DNA from: Nitrospirota bacterium
GTDB taxonomy: Bacteria > Nitrospirota > Thermodesulfovibrionia > Thermodesulfovibrionales > Dissulfurispiraceae
DNA: 64,000 nucleotides
Direction: 5' to 3'
Assembly (NCBI GenBank): GCA_963710375.1
Contig: CAVPZX010000008.1
Span: 64,001-128,000, forward strand
This document shows positions 50,395-61,723 of this stretch, piece by piece. The translations under genes were made by a program, and so were the position numbers. The notes under the pieces are model-generated. The model worked only from the letters and a program-made list of their open reading frames with translations. It did no database searches and was not told where the DNA came from. Numbering within the stretch: position 1 is the stretch's first letter; each line of letters starts with the position of its first letter.

Positions 50395-50892
50395 TCACCG
50401 GTAGTTCGAAAATTGAATATGAATATCGAAATCCTTTTCCTTTAGATGTGCCATAATGGCCTGCAAATCATCTATTTTTTTGGCCCTTACCCGCACCTGA
50501 TCTTTCTGAATTTCCGGGCTTACCTTGAGCTTCATGTCTTTGATTAGTTTAACCATTTCCTTGGCTTTCTCCTGCGGAATACCCTGTTGGAGCGTTATAA
50601 CCTGCCTGACTGTATTTCCAGCAGCGGGTTCCAGTTTACCGTAACTGAGCGCCTTGAGTGCTATCCCACGCTTCACCATCTTTGATTGAAGGATATCGAT
50701 AACGCCCTTCATCTTCTGCTCATCGTCAGATAAAAGTGTGATGGTCCCCTTCCCTTTATCAACCTCTATGGAACTCTTGCTCCCCTTGAAATCGAATCGC
50801 TGGCCTATTTCCTTGATCGCCTGATTTACAGCATTGGTAACTTCCTGCATATCCACTTCGCATACTATATCAAACGAATGTTCATCTGCCAT
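50395..50892 (-). CDS. yajQ: YajQ family c-di-GMP-binding protein
   Basis: [30 protein letters not shown]. Confidence 0.93.
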   Translation of the reverse strand: MADEHSFDIVCEVDMQEVTNAVNQAIKEIGQRFDFKGSKSSIEVDKGKGTITLLSDDEQKMKGVIDILQSKMVKRGIALKALSYGKLEPAAGNTVRQVITLQQGIPQEKAKEMVKLIKDMKLKVSPEIQKDQVRVRAKKIDDLQAIMAHLKEKDFDIHIQFSNYR

Positions 50893-50989
50893 CAGTACCT
50901 CCCCACTTGTCAATAATACCACGCTCTGTTAGCGGCGTTGATGCAACATATTATACTATATACCTCGCCTTCTCCGGAGCAAAGTGTTC

Positions 50990-52054
50990 TCATCTCCCCA
51001 CTATATCAGCGACCATATCACCGATCTGTGTCGTGGAGTATCCCGTTTTTCCTGCTGCGAGGTCTTTGATTTTTGTCGAGGTAAGCTCCATAATGGCCTT
51101 TTCTATCGCCATGGCTGCGCTCTCTTGTCCCAGGTGGTCAAGCATCATTGCGCCGGAGCAGATTGCCGCCAGGGGGTTAATGACGTTCTTACCCTTGTAT
51201 TTCGGAGCCGAGCCTCCCATAGGTTCGAACATGGAAACGCCTTCAGGGTTGATATTGCCCCCTGCCGCAATGCCGAGTCCTCCCTGGATCATTGCGCCAA
51301 GATCAGTGATGATGTCTCCAAAGAGGTTGTCGGTAACAATAACATCAAACCACTCCGGGTTTTTCACGAACCACATCGTAATAGCGTCCACATGGGCATA
51401 GTCGGTTTTTACACCGGGATAATCTTTTGCTACTTCAGAGAATGCCCTCGCCCACAAGCCGGATGCGTAGGTGAGTACATTCGTCTTGCCGCAAAGGGTC
51501 AGTTTATTGTCTTTGTTTCTTTTCTTAGTGTATTCAAAAGCAAAGCGTATACACCGCTCGACCCCTTTTCTCGTGTTTATCGAAACCTGTGTCGCGACCT
51601 CATCAGGAGTGCCCTTCTTGAGGACTCCGCCGGCCCCGGTATAGAGCCCCTCCGTGTTCTCCCTGACAACTACGAAGTCGATGTCCTTCGGTCCCTTGTC
51701 TTTCAAAGGACAATCAACTCCCGGGAAGAGCTTGACAGGACGTAAATTGATATACTGATCCAGTTCAAATCTCATGGTCAGGAGAATCCCTTTTTCGAGT
51801 ATTCCGGGTTGAACATCAGGGTGTCCGATCGCACCAAGATAGATCGCATCAAATTTCCTCAGCTCATCGAAGATGCCCTCTGGAAGAAGCTCCCCGGTCC
51901 TCAGATACCGCTCTCCGCCAAAATCGAAATGCATGTAATCCAGTTTGAAATTATATTTCCGTGCCGCGGAATTCAGCACTTTCAATCCTTCGGCAATTAC
52001 CTCCGGTCCTGTCCCATCACCGCCTATAACTGCTATTGTGTAGTTTTTCGCCAT
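50990..52054 (-). CDS. leuB: 3-isopropylmalate dehydrogenase (IDH/IPMDH family)
   Basis: [36 protein letters not shown]. Confidence 0.85.
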   Translation of the reverse strand: MAKNYTIAVIGGDGTGPEVIAEGLKVLNSAARKYNFKLDYMHFDFGGERYLRTGELLPEGIFDELRKFDAIYLGAIGHPDVQPGILEKGILLTMRFELDQYINLRPVKLFPGVDCPLKDKGPKDIDFVVVRENTEGLYTGAGGVLKKGTPDEVATQVSINTRKGVERCIRFAFEYTKKRNKDNKLTLCGKTNVLTYASGLWARAFSEVAKDYPGVKTDYAHVDAITMWFVKNPEWFDVIVTDNLFGDIITDLGAMIQGGLGIAAGGNINPEGVSMFEPMGGSAPKYKGKNVINPLAAICSGAMMLDHLGQESAAMAIEKAIMELTSTKIKDLAAGKTGYSTTQIGDMVADIVGR

Positions 52055-52292
52055 TGCTGCTCCTCCTCATCTCTGTTGATATAATACCGGATATTATGTG
52101 ACATTATTAATGTTTTGTTCAAATAATTCACGTATGGTCCATTATCAGGAATTGAACGACAGTATCCTTCAGGCTTGCAAAATCACGGAAATGTTTTGCG
52201 CCGGGGCAAGAGTTTTTAATTTAGTAAAAAAGGCAATCGAAAACGCTTGATCATTTTTCCTGGAATCCTGTCCGCTGAAGTACTAAGCATAA

Positions 52293-54788
52293 TTACTGGC
52301 TCGTTTCCTTGCAGTCGAAACCTGCACACTTGAACCATGCCACCATGCGTGTTAACTCATCGGCAAGTGCTGCAAGCCCGTCTGAAGACTGCTTTATATC
52401 AGCAGTGGATACCTGTAATCTTTTTGTTATTTCCGCAATGGTTTCGACTCTGTGCGAAACCTCTTCGGCAGCAGTAGACTGTTCCTCAGTCGCTGTAGCT
52501 ATCATCTGGGCCATATCCACGCCCTTCGAAGAGGCGCCTACTATTCCTTCAAGTGAATCACTTGCCTCACCTGTAAGTTTTAGTTCTTCTTCAACCTTGA
52601 CCTGAGCGTTTTCCATAGCTGTAAAAGATTTTTCCGTATCGTTTTGTATAAGGTTTATGATCCCGGCTATCTCCTGGGTAGCCGTACCGGTGCGCTCGGC
52701 AAGCTTCCTGACCTCATCTGCAACAACAGCAAAGCCGCGCCCCTGCTCGCCTGCCCGTGCAGCCTCGATAGCGGCATTAAGTGCCAGAAGGTTTGTCTGG
52801 TCCGATATATCTTTTATTACCACCACAATCTCTCCAATCTTGTTGGAGCTTTCTTTAAGCATCCCTATGGTTGAAGAAGCCCCTTTGACTGAGTCAGCTA
52901 TTTCGTGCATTCCTCGCACAGTTTTGCCTACAACATTCTTACCTTTGGCAGCCATATTCGATGCGACCTTTGAAGAATCTGCCGCAGCGCTCGCATTTTT
53001 TGCAACATCCATTATTGTCTGGCTTATCTGTGTTACGGCTGTGGCCGACTGCTCAGTCTGTGATGACTGCTCTACAGCTCCCTTATGGAGGGTTTCGGCT
53101 GTAACTGCGAGTTCCTGGGAGTTTGAAGACAATCTTATAATCGAATCCTGTAATTTCGATATTACCTGGCCTAAATTTGCAATCGCCATATTAAAATGAG
53201 AGGCCAGATTGCCGAACTCATCTTTAGTTGAGTCATTAATACGAATAGTGAGGTCGCCTTCTACAAAACCTGCAGCCAATTTCTCGAGATCATGAACAGG
53301 GTTCATAATCGAACGGGTTATCAACCTGTTCAGTATTAGCGATACAACCAGGGCGATAGCCGCAATGATGATGATAAGCCCGCTTGTCGTGGTGACGGTT
53401 GACTTTACCGCGGCGACTGCATTTTCCTGGCTGGTTTTAGCGGTGACCACTTCTTTATTTGTATCTTGAATTTGCCTTGAAACTATATCTTTCATCTTCT
53501 GGTTCAACTTTGAAACCTCTTCGATGTTTGCCAAAGACGCCTTCATCTTCTCAACAACCCCTTCCTTGCCCAAAAAACCCTGTTTTACCGCGACAAGCGC
53601 ATCCGCCGAGGTTTTATACATTTTCATAGCGTCGCCGAGAGATCCCTTTGACAAGAGATCTCTCAATTGCTTGAGTGTCTTATCCACCTGTACAAAGGCG
53701 CTTTGTATCGATGCGACAGTTTTATCGAAATCAGCCGGGTTCCTGACCGTCAGACTGTAATTTATATTAGACTCTATGAATCCGCTTAATGAGATGAGGT
53801 TGGAAGCAGTCATCAATATAGCATTGGAATCCGAAAATGTAGCTATGCTTTTAGTCATCTCATGACCGCTGCTCTTAAGAGATTCGTTGGCTGTGTCAAA
53901 ACCCCTTATCACAAGCGGAAGTATATAGGATAGTTCATATTCGGCGTCTTTTCCGAGTTTGTCGGATTTGTCTTTCTCCGACGCATCTTCATCATTAAGG
54001 TATTTCAGCTTGAGATTTGCAGCTTCAACTATCTTGGAGCTTGTTTGCCTGAACTTTTTTTCGAGTTCTTCTCCTGATTTATCGGCCCACTTCGTCGATT
54101 TTATTGCCTTAATAATATTGGCGGATGTTGTTTCAGCGCCGCTTTTTATCGCTGCTACACTCCTCCTGTCATCAGTTATAGGGAGCTGCGAAAGGCCGAT
54201 CATCAGGTCTTTAAATCCGTCACGCATGATTATGAAATTGTTTGCCTGCTGGTTTGCAGCCGTTGTTCGATCAATGCTAGAAACCATTGTTGATGTAGAA
54301 CCCTGCTGGAGTTTTCTGATATTGGCATCCAATGAACTTAACCTCTGTGATGCCTGGACAAGGCGACCTCTCAGGGCTTCCATGGACGTATTCGTGGATT
54401 GTTCCAGTGCAAGCCTCTTTTCGGTTATCTGAATAATGGATTTTGTTACATCGGAGATTTCACTGTTTGAAGAGTTATCCCTGCCGCTTAGCTTGGATAC
54501 GTCATCTGACGCTTGAATCTCTTCGGTAAGAGATTCATTTGCACTCGCAGAATTCTTTTTGAATTCCTCGATCGAATTCGATGCCGCAACTTTTAACAAA
54601 TTCGACGAATGTGATTGCAGCGCCCGTTGAAGATTAAATACCCTTATCTGGTAAGGAGTGGATTTCTGCGTCACTTCAAATATCTTGCTCTGGATGAATC
54701 TTATGCCCAGCACTGCGGTGGCTCCTATCGCTATCATCAGGATAAGAATAATGCCCGCATTCATATTAAGCTTCTGTCCGACTCTCAT
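52293..54788 (-). CDS. Methyl-accepting chemotaxis protein with large periplasmic domain
   Basis: 2 [43 protein letters not shown]. Confidence 0.95.
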   Translation of the reverse strand: MRVGQKLNMNAGIILILMIAIGATAVLGIRFIQSKIFEVTQKSTPYQIRVFNLQRALQSHSSNLLKVAASNSIEEFKKNSASANESLTEEIQASDDVSKLSGRDNSSNSEISDVTKSIIQITEKRLALEQSTNTSMEALRGRLVQASQRLSSLDANIRKLQQGSTSTMVSSIDRTTAANQQANNFIIMRDGFKDLMIGLSQLPITDDRRSVAAIKSGAETTSANIIKAIKSTKWADKSGEELEKKFRQTSSKIVEAANLKLKYLNDEDASEKDKSDKLGKDAEYELSYILPLVIRGFDTANESLKSSGHEMTKSIATFSDSNAILMTASNLISLSGFIESNINYSLTVRNPADFDKTVASIQSAFVQVDKTLKQLRDLLSKGSLGDAMKMYKTSADALVAVKQGFLGKEGVVEKMKASLANIEEVSKLNQKMKDIVSRQIQDTNKEVVTAKTSQENAVAAVKSTVTTTSGLIIIIAAIALVVSLILNRLITRSIMNPVHDLEKLAAGFVEGDLTIRINDSTKDEFGNLASHFNMAIANLGQVISKLQDSIIRLSSNSQELAVTAETLHKGAVEQSSQTEQSATAVTQISQTIMDVAKNASAAADSSKVASNMAAKGKNVVGKTVRGMHEIADSVKGASSTIGMLKESSNKIGEIVVVIKDISDQTNLLALNAAIEAARAGEQGRGFAVVADEVRKLAERTGTATQEIAGIINLIQNDTEKSFTAMENAQVKVEEELKLTGEASDSLEGIVGASSKGVDMAQMIATATEEQSTAAEEVSHRVETIAEITKRLQVSTADIKQSSDGLAALADELTRMVAWFKCAGFDCKETSQ

Positions 54789-54813
54789 CTAGCCCTCTTT
54801 TCCGCCTTATTAA

Positions 54814-54851
54814 AATCCCCCCATCCCCGATCGAAGGGGAATAGGGGGATT
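54814..54851. other. C-rich/G-rich intergenic hairpin
   Basis: AATCCCCC..TCCCC-loop-GGGGA..GGGGGATT between the binding-protein and MCP genes. Confidence 0.6.
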
Positions 54852-54904
54852 CTTGTCATTGCCGCCTATAGCATGAGACTTTTCTGATCCGACTGCCGAT
54901 CAAT

Positions 54905-56188
54905 CTATTTGCCCTCCTGAAGCGCAGCCTCTCCAACCTTCGCCCTTAAATCTAACCAGTCTTTTTGATCTATGGCAGCTTCGTCGCCCTTCATGGAATT
55001 TAAGATCTCGAAATAATCTTCCCCGTATTTACTCTTCTTTACCTCGTCTGCAGGTTTGGCTATTTCAGCATAAACAGTCTGGATAGATTGATGGTCCCAG
55101 GGTCTCCAATACTGCTCATCTTTCAGTCCGATATAATGATGTCCTTCAAGCGCTTCTATAACAGCCTTTGTATCGAATGTCTTGGCACGCTCTACGGCAT
55201 CCTTGTATTGATAAAGTATAACGTATGCCGATCCGCCGGCTTCTGAAGGATATCTCTTATATAGCTGCTCGAATTTGTTTACAAAGGCTATCCCCTTCGG
55301 GTAGTTGTATTTAAATGGAATGGTCCAGTTCCACGGCTCTGCGCCTATTATACCCTCCATGGCCTCTGGGCCTGCTCCTTCCGCCATATCGAGGGTCAGG
55401 TTGGGAACTATAATCTGCATCGTCTTTTTCAACCCCATCTCGTAAGCCTGTTTTACCGATATCCCCATATCCCGGCCAAACTCGGTCAGCACCAGGACCT
55501 GGGCGCCGCTCTCTTTGGCAGCAGTCAGCGCGTCCTTAAAATCCATAGCGCCAAGACGTGTTAAAACACCTCCATTTACGGCCTTGTCAGTAGTGTTTGT
55601 GAATTTTCTGAAGGCGTCTTCGGTTGTCGTGCCCCAGATGTAATCCACAGTAATGTAAAAATATTTCTTGCCGCCAAAATGCTGATTCAGATAATTCGAC
55701 AACACCTTTGCAGCCATATACGAGTCATAACATTCCCTGAATATATTCCTGTTGCCTTCTTCAATCGTAGTCGCTGTTGCGTAAGTCAGAGTACCGAAGA
55801 AGATTTTATTTTTCTGTAAAGCAACTTTATTATCAGCAATTGCCACCCCGCTGGAGGAGCCGCCGAAAAGCATCGGCACGCCTTCCTTATCAAAGAGTTC
55901 AATCGCGTTTTCTCTTGCTATCTTTGGATTGGATTTTGTGTCCCGGTACACAAGCTGCACCTTTTTCCCCAAAATGCCGCCTGCAGCGTTGATCTCTTCA
56001 ACAGCCATGTCTGCTGCCCTCTTCTCATCCAACCCCTGGGCTGCGTACGGGCCTGTCTCAGGGTAACTCAAGCCGATCTTTACTACCTCATCGGCAAAAA
56101 CAGAGACGCCGGATGCAAACAAAAACATACCACTTATTATTAACACAACTAGTTGATAAATGAGAGAACCGGTCACCATTTTTTTCAT
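54905..56188 (-). CDS. LivJ-like (PBP1) periplasmic substrate-binding protein
   Basis: Signal peptide; VKIG...TGPYAAQG...EEINAAGGILG...D; GGSSSGVA. Confidence 0.9.
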   Translation of the reverse strand: MKKMVTGSLIYQLVVLIISGMFLFASGVSVFADEVVKIGLSYPETGPYAAQGLDEKRAADMAVEEINAAGGILGKKVQLVYRDTKSNPKIARENAIELFDKEGVPMLFGGSSSGVAIADNKVALQKNKIFFGTLTYATATTIEEGNRNIFRECYDSYMAAKVLSNYLNQHFGGKKYFYITVDYIWGTTTEDAFRKFTNTTDKAVNGGVLTRLGAMDFKDALTAAKESGAQVLVLTEFGRDMGISVKQAYEMGLKKTMQIIVPNLTLDMAEGAGPEAMEGIIGAEPWNWTIPFKYNYPKGIAFVNKFEQLYKRYPSEAGGSAYVILYQYKDAVERAKTFDTKAVIEALEGHHYIGLKDEQYWRPWDHQSIQTVYAEIAKPADEVKKSKYGEDYFEILNSMKGDEAAIDQKDWLDLRAKVGEAALQEGK

Positions 56189-56352
56189 TGCTACCCTCCT
56201 TAACGAGTTGGTTTATAAATCCAAAAATCATCAGGATTTGAGATGAATCGATATTACATTAATTTAAAAGATGACAAAAATGCAAGTATCTGTAGGCTGC
56301 GCAGCGGGTCTGGATCAGAGGGTATGGATATCACGGCAAGGCTGCAAAACGT

Positions 56353-56580
56353 TCAGCCTTCAGTGGCATCGACCAGTTCTTTTATGAGCATCAGCGCCTC
56401 GGCTGCGGCATCACTATCAATCTTCTGGATAGCGAAACCGGCGTGCACCAGCACATAGTCGTCTATCTTCGCCTCCTCGGGCAGCAGAAGGAGGCTGACT
56501 TCACGACGAGCGCCGTAAACATCAACGGTCGCAGTCATATCACCTATGGTTACGATCCTGGAAGGTATGGCAATGCACAT
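56353..56580 (-). CDS. hypC: Hydrogenase maturation chaperone HypC
   Basis: MCIAIP, DYVLVHAGFAI. Confidence 0.95.
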   Translation of the reverse strand: MCIAIPSRIVTIGDMTATVDVYGARREVSLLLLPEEAKIDDYVLVHAGFAIQKIDSDAAAEALMLIKELVDATEG

Positions 56581-56657
56581 AAAAGCTCCTCAAATAAGTT
56601 ATTTAGTATATTCTACCTTAAAACAGCTTAACATTTGCAATAAAGACCCAAAGTTTG

Positions 56658-56757
56658 GGCAGATAAAAGTAGGCAGAGGTAAAGGTAGAGGGAAAAAATG
56701 AACAGTGATTTTTTGTCTTTTGTTTGTCTTAACCTTAACCTTTACCTTTACCTGCCT
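56658..56757. repeat. Hexamer-array palindrome, copy 4
   Basis: ..AGGTAAAGGTAGAGG ... AACAGTGATTTTTTGTCTTTT..(TAACCT/TTACCT)4GCC, between divergent hypC and argS. Confidence 0.8.
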
Positions 56758-56808
56758 CATGAGCGGCTTGTTGACAACACTTAAACACGGTGCTTAAACT
56801 TAAAGGCC

Positions 56809-58473
56809 ATGGAAAAGATTTTGAGAGCGCTTTTGGAAAAAGCAGCGTCGGCTGCTTTTAATGCTCCGTTTGATAATATAGAAATTACACCTCCAAAAGA
56901 TGAGGGCTTCGGAGACTTGTGCACTCCCGTTGCAATGAGCTTGACGAAGCTTTTGAAAAAGCCGCCCAGGAAGATTGCGGAGGACATAGTAAACGTAATC
57001 AGTGGGCGCGGCACCTTCGAGAAGATCGAGATAGCAGGTCCCGGTTTTATAAACTTTACTTTCTCGCGTTCATTCCTCTGTAAAGAACTGACTGAACTCA
57101 TTACCTCAGGCGAGAAATTCCTTTCCGAGGACATCGGCAAAGGCAGGAAGATACAAATAGAATTTGTAAGCTCCAACCCTACCGGCCCCATGCATTTGGG
57201 CCATGGCAGAGGGGCCGCCCTCGGGGCCGCGCTGTCGAATCTCCTGAGCGAAGCCGGCTATGCGGTAGAAAAAGAATTCTACATCAATGATGCCGGGCGC
57301 CAGGTAAAACTGCTCGGCATGTCTGTGTTTGCAAGATATAAACAGCTGTGCGGCATACAGTACCCTTTTCCCGAAGACGGATACAGGGGGGACTATACGG
57401 AAGACATAGCAAAGGAGATAAAAGAAAAATACGGTAATGCATTCGGGGAAAAGGATTTTAACGATGCTGCAGAGCTATTCATAGATTTTTCTTATATGAA
57501 AATGCTGGACGCCATCAAAAAAGACCTTGAGGATTTCGGCGTTTTTTTTGATACGTGGCAGAGTGAGCGGGAGCTGTATGAAAAAGGAGAAGTAAAACAG
57601 GCGATAGATGACCTCAGAGAACGCGGCTACATTTTCGAGGAGGATGATGCCACATGGTTCAGGTCAACAGCATTCGGTGATGACAAAGACCGGGTCATCA
57701 TAAAAAAAGACGGGGAATATACCTACTTCGCCCCGGACATCGCCTATCACAGGAAAAAAGTTGCAAGGGGTTTTGATGAGCTTATCGACATATGGGGCGC
57801 CGACCACCATGGCTATGTGCCGCGTATGGAGGCTGTTATTCAGGCCCTCGGATGCCCAAAAAACAGCCTGCGAGTGCTGCTGGTCCAAATGGTTTCCCTT
57901 TTAAGAGGCGGACAGCCGGTCCAGATGTCAAAACGCTCCGGTGAATTCATTACGCTGCGGGAGGTCATAGATGATATAGGCGCCGACACAACCAAGTTCC
58001 TGTTTTTGACGCGTCGCTCCGACAGTCATCTTGAGGTAGACATCGAGGTCGCCAAAGCACAATCCTCTGAGAACCCGGTGTATTATGTCCAGTATGCCAA
58101 TGCCCGTATCAACAGTATTTTTGAAAAGGCGAAACAAGAATCAACGGGAGGCGGCTTCCCGGCAGGAGAAATAGAGCAATACCTGGCTGCATTTAACGGC
58201 GAATGTTTTAACGATGAAGAAATGCGCATCCTTAAAAAACTGCTGCTCTATCCCATGATGTTCAGAAATGCAGCGCTCGCGCATGAGCCGCACCGCATCA
58301 CGTTCTACCTTCAGGAGCTTGCAGGGATGTTCCATCCTTATTACCACAAATATAAGGTTGTTACCGGGGATGTTGAACTTACCAGGGCACGCCTTGCGCT
58401 CTGCCGGGCGATACAAATAGTCTTGCGTCACGGACTAAAAATATTAGGCGTCAAAGCCCCCGATCGTATGTAA
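56809..58473 (+). CDS. argS: Arginine--tRNA ligase
   Basis: IAGPGFINF, SNPTGPMHLGHGR, WGADHHGY, MSKRSG, YVQYA. Confidence 0.97.
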   Translation: MEKILRALLEKAASAAFNAPFDNIEITPPKDEGFGDLCTPVAMSLTKLLKKPPRKIAEDIVNVISGRGTFEKIEIAGPGFINFTFSRSFLCKELTELITSGEKFLSEDIGKGRKIQIEFVSSNPTGPMHLGHGRGAALGAALSNLLSEAGYAVEKEFYINDAGRQVKLLGMSVFARYKQLCGIQYPFPEDGYRGDYTEDIAKEIKEKYGNAFGEKDFNDAAELFIDFSYMKMLDAIKKDLEDFGVFFDTWQSERELYEKGEVKQAIDDLRERGYIFEEDDATWFRSTAFGDDKDRVIIKKDGEYTYFAPDIAYHRKKVARGFDELIDIWGADHHGYVPRMEAVIQALGCPKNSLRVLLVQMVSLLRGGQPVQMSKRSGEFITLREVIDDIGADTTKFLFLTRRSDSHLEVDIEVAKAQSSENPVYYVQYANARINSIFEKAKQESTGGGFPAGEIEQYLAAFNGECFNDEEMRILKKLLLYPMMFRNAALAHEPHRITFYLQELAGMFHPYYHKYKVVTGDVELTRARLALCRAIQIVLRHGLKILGVKAPDRM

Positions 58474-58476
58474 AGT

Positions 58477-58584
58477 AAAGACAGGTTAAGGTTAAGGTTA
58501 AGGTTAAGGTAGAGGCAAAGAGTAAGTTAGATTTGGTAGTATGCCGTGTTTTTTTTGTCTTTACCTAAACCTTAACCTGTCTTT
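58477..58584. repeat. Hexamer-array palindrome, copy 5
   Basis: AAAGAC(AGGTTA)4 ... TTTGTCTTTACCTAAACCTTAACCTGTCTTT; fills the argS/RR convergent gap. Confidence 0.88.
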
Positions 58585-59940
58585 CTATGGGATCCCGTAT
58601 TGTTTGCGTTTTCTCCACAGGGTGACTGATGTAATGCCGAGGATTTCGGCAGCTCTTTCCAGGTTCTGTTCCAGCTTTAAAACAGCCACGATATGATCTC
58701 TCTCAATTTCCTCCAGGGTCTTCAGCTGTTCACCTTTGGAAGTTTCAGAAACGTTCTGCAGGAGAATTGCCGGAGGAAGGGATGCATCTTCGACCTCTTC
58801 TGCAGTCGTGAGAATCACTGTCCGTTCCAACGCGTTTTTCAGTTCACGAACGTTCCCCGGCCAATCATAATCGAGGAGCTTCTGCATTACTTTGCCGGGA
58901 ATTACCGGGACGTTTGATTTCCCCTGGCGGGTTGCAGCCTCTTTTATGAAGCGCTGGACAAGTACGGGAATGTCTTCTTTCCTGTACCGCAGAGGGACCA
59001 GATAGCTTTCCAGAATATTAAGACGGTAATAAAGGTCCTCCCGAAACCCCTTGCCGGCTACGGCCTCCTGCAAATCGTGGTTGGTTGCCGCGATAACACG
59101 GGTATTCACCTTGATTTCATCCGTTCCGCCAACCCTCTCGATGATTTTTTCCTGAAGAAACCGTAAAAGCTTTGTCTGCGCCGAAAGCGAGAGGTCACCG
59201 ATCTCATCCAGAAAAAGAGTGCCGTTATCGGCCAATTCGAGCTTCCCTGTCTTTTCACTAATAGCGCCGGTGAAAGCTCCCCTGACATGTCCGAAGAGTT
59301 CGGACTCCAGTACCGACTCTGCGAGAGTCGTGCAGGAGACAGTTATGAAGGGGCCGCTTGACCTGCGAGAGCGGCTGTGTATGAGTCTGGCCAGTTCGGT
59401 TTTGCCTGTCCCGCTTTCTCCGGTAATAAGGACTGTTTCGTCCGTGGGAGCGACCTGATTCACGAAAATTTCCAACTGCTGCATTGCCGGAGAAACAAAA
59501 CCCAGGAAATATTCAGGCCGGCAGCGTTCATTTCTCAGTGCCTCGTTTTCTCTTTTGAGTGAGATGAATGCCTGGACCTTCTCAATCAGGTGAGCAAGCT
59601 GGGCAGTGGTAAAAGGCTTAGGCAGATAATCAAATGCGCCCTCTTTTGTTACCTGTACCGCATTTTCGATCGACGAATAAGCAGTCATCACGACTATAAT
59701 CACTTCGGGCTGAGCACGTCTCGCATCCCGGATAAGGTCAATACCTGTCGGTCCGCCTAATCGAAAATCCGTAAGGACAAGATCGAATGTTTCGGCCCTT
59801 AAAGCTTCTCCGGCCTCTTTCAGTGATGCTGCAGCAACAGCATGATGCCCCATGTCCGTCAGGGAAACAAAGAGTGTATTACGGATATTATTTTCATCGT
59901 CAACTAAAAGTATCCTAAGCTTTTGGTCCATGCCCCGCAT
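58585..59940 (-). CDS. Sigma-54-dependent response regulator (NtrC/AtoC family)
   Basis: REC (VDDE, TD), GESGTGKT, GAFTGA, WPGNVREL, C-terminal HTH. Confidence 0.95.
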   Translation of the reverse strand: MRGMDQKLRILLVDDENNIRNTLFVSLTDMGHHAVAAASLKEAGEALRAETFDLVLTDFRLGGPTGIDLIRDARRAQPEVIIVVMTAYSSIENAVQVTKEGAFDYLPKPFTTAQLAHLIEKVQAFISLKRENEALRNERCRPEYFLGFVSPAMQQLEIFVNQVAPTDETVLITGESGTGKTELARLIHSRSRRSSGPFITVSCTTLAESVLESELFGHVRGAFTGAISEKTGKLELADNGTLFLDEIGDLSLSAQTKLLRFLQEKIIERVGGTDEIKVNTRVIAATNHDLQEAVAGKGFREDLYYRLNILESYLVPLRYRKEDIPVLVQRFIKEAATRQGKSNVPVIPGKVMQKLLDYDWPGNVRELKNALERTVILTTAEEVEDASLPPAILLQNVSETSKGEQLKTLEEIERDHIVAVLKLEQNLERAAEILGITSVTLWRKRKQYGIP

Positions 59941-59941
59941 T

Positions 59942-61723
59942 TTACTCATTTTCCTTCGGAAGTGGCAGGAGTATCCTGAAACAGGAACCCGTCGGTTCAA
60001 CAGGTTCGTATTCAACCCTTCCGCCATGGGCCTCGGTAACCTCTTTTACAATGGTCAAACCCAGACCCAGGTATCCAGGAGCGCGGGCAGGAGTATCGGC
60101 TTGTTCACCTGTTCCTTTAAAGTAGGGGTCAAACATACGCCTGCGGATTTCTTCCGGTATTGTCGGCCCCTGATTTGTTACCCTGATTTCAATATTTTCT
60201 TTGTCGCCGCCAAGAACTACCCTGATAGTAGAGTCCTTCGGAGAAACCCTGATGGAATTGGTAAGCAGATTTGAGATCACCCATGGAAATTTTGTAGGGT
60301 CTATCTCGGCCCATATATCTCCAGCACTCTCTTTTTCATAGTTTAGAGTGACCCCCCGCTCTGCTGCAAGCAAGCCAAATGGTTTGAGCCACTCTGGGAG
60401 AAATTCGCTCAGTTTGGTTAATTCCGGCTGTATGAGAATTGAGGTCCCGGGAAGATGGTCAACCTGTATGAACTGATTGGCAACTGAACGGATGCGGGCC
60501 ACGTCGCTCAGCAGTGTCTCGATGAGAAATTGTGTCCGCTCATCAAACAATTCCTTCTTCTGTGCCAGTAGCTCTATGGCTGTGCCAAGGGATTGCAGAG
60601 GAGTTTTAAGCTCATGAGAGAGAACGCCGATGAATTCCGCCTTGAGACGCTCTCTCTGGCGGACCTCGGTAACATCGTGGAGAAGAAACATTGTCGAGAC
60701 AAGTTCTCCCATTGGAGAATGTACCTCCCTGATCCGGGCCTCAAAACTTCTTTGGCCCTCCTTTTCAGTCCTCAGTTCAAAAACCGGGGAACCCTCTTTT
60801 CCCAGCTCCCTCCATATTTCACGAAGCTTAAAATAATTATCCGACATGGAAGGAAGATCCATCCACATCATTTCAATGATACTGTCCGTGCCAAGACCGA
60901 TGAGTTCAGCCATCCTCTGGTTTACATGAGTGACCCGTCCCTTATTGTCCCATGCAATCACTGCATCCTCAACCGAAGAGAGAAGCGTTTCCAACTGGTT
61001 TTTCTGCCTGAGAATCTTTTCGAGATTAAGCTGGTCTGAGCGGCTCACTCTCTCCCACAACAATGAGAGTTCCTCATTGAGAATGCGAATTTCGAGGCTT
61101 GTAGGCTCAGGCAGCTTGAGTCTCTCTCCAGGCTTTACCCTTGACCGCAGGACCTCGGCGATGTCCTTTAACGGCTTTGCCAGGCGGCTTGACAGCGAAT
61201 CGACCATCAGGAGTGTGACGACAAAGATCACGACAAAAAAGAGTGCGGCCCCAATAACAAACACACGGCGAACATTCCCGCTTGTGGTGATAAGCTCAAA
61301 CATCCCATGTTCATTAAGCACAGTCAAAGCCTCTAAATCTTCGTTCATTTCCCTGGTCAATTCATCGGACCGGACTCCCTGTTTCCATTGGTTCCAGAGG
61401 GCCTCTATTTTACCGGCTATTTTCCGATCACCAGGTCCGGAAATATTGGACAACTCAAACCTCAAGGCGCCGTTAAACTGGTCTATCCATCTTTTCTCCG
61501 GTAAATCCTGGTAAGCCCTGGTTAAATGAAGCGCGTTCCATGCCTGCTGCATTTTCCTTGAAGCCTCGATTTGATCATAATTGGCATGAATCATTTTTGG
61601 GGTGATACTTGTCGCCATATAAACAGAGGAGACGATCAAAAGAGTGCACATTACCCCGAACACAGCTATAAAGCTCAGATAGCCGTGCAGTATCTTCTTA
61701 CGCAGGGGTGGAAGCACTGTCAT
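59942..61723 (-). CDS. Membrane sensor histidine kinase (TM-HAMP-PAS-HisKA-HATPase)
   Basis: SHELKTPL, NLLTNSI, GLGLTIV..HGG. Confidence 0.92.
   Translation of the reverse strand: MTVLPPLRKKILHGYLSFIAVFGVMCTLLIVSSVYMATSITPKMIHANYDQIEASRKMQQAWNALHLTRAYQDLPEKRWIDQFNGALRFELSNISGPGDRKIAGKIEALWNQWKQGVRSDELTREMNEDLEALTVLNEHGMFELITTSGNVRRVFVIGAALFFVVIFVVTLLMVDSLSSRLAKPLKDIAEVLRSRVKPGERLKLPEPTSLEIRILNEELSLLWERVSRSDQLNLEKILRQKNQLETLLSSVEDAVIAWDNKGRVTHVNQRMAELIGLGTDSIIEMMWMDLPSMSDNYFKLREIWRELGKEGSPVFELRTEKEGQRSFEARIREVHSPMGELVSTMFLLHDVTEVRQRERLKAEFIGVLSHELKTPLQSLGTAIELLAQKKELFDERTQFLIETLLSDVARIRSVANQFIQVDHLPGTSILIQPELTKLSEFLPEWLKPFGLLAAERGVTLNYEKESAGDIWAEIDPTKFPWVISNLLTNSIRVSPKDSTIRVVLGGDKENIEIRVTNQGPTIPEEIRRRMFDPYFKGTGEQADTPARAPGYLGLGLTIVKEVTEAHGGRVEYEPVEPTGSCFRILLPLPKENE

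Noticed and set aside
50335..50396. GC-rich imperfect hairpin after yajQ
   Set aside because: Pairing is imperfect and no second copy is evident, so it cannot be assigned.
50984..51745. 253-aa plus-strand ORF, and similar long antisense ORFs (2065-2832, 11996-12685, 49779-50456)
   Set aside because: Shadows of well-supported minus-strand genes.
56353..56580. Isolated hypC as a novel system
   Set aside because: Dispersed hyp genes are common and the sequence is canonical.
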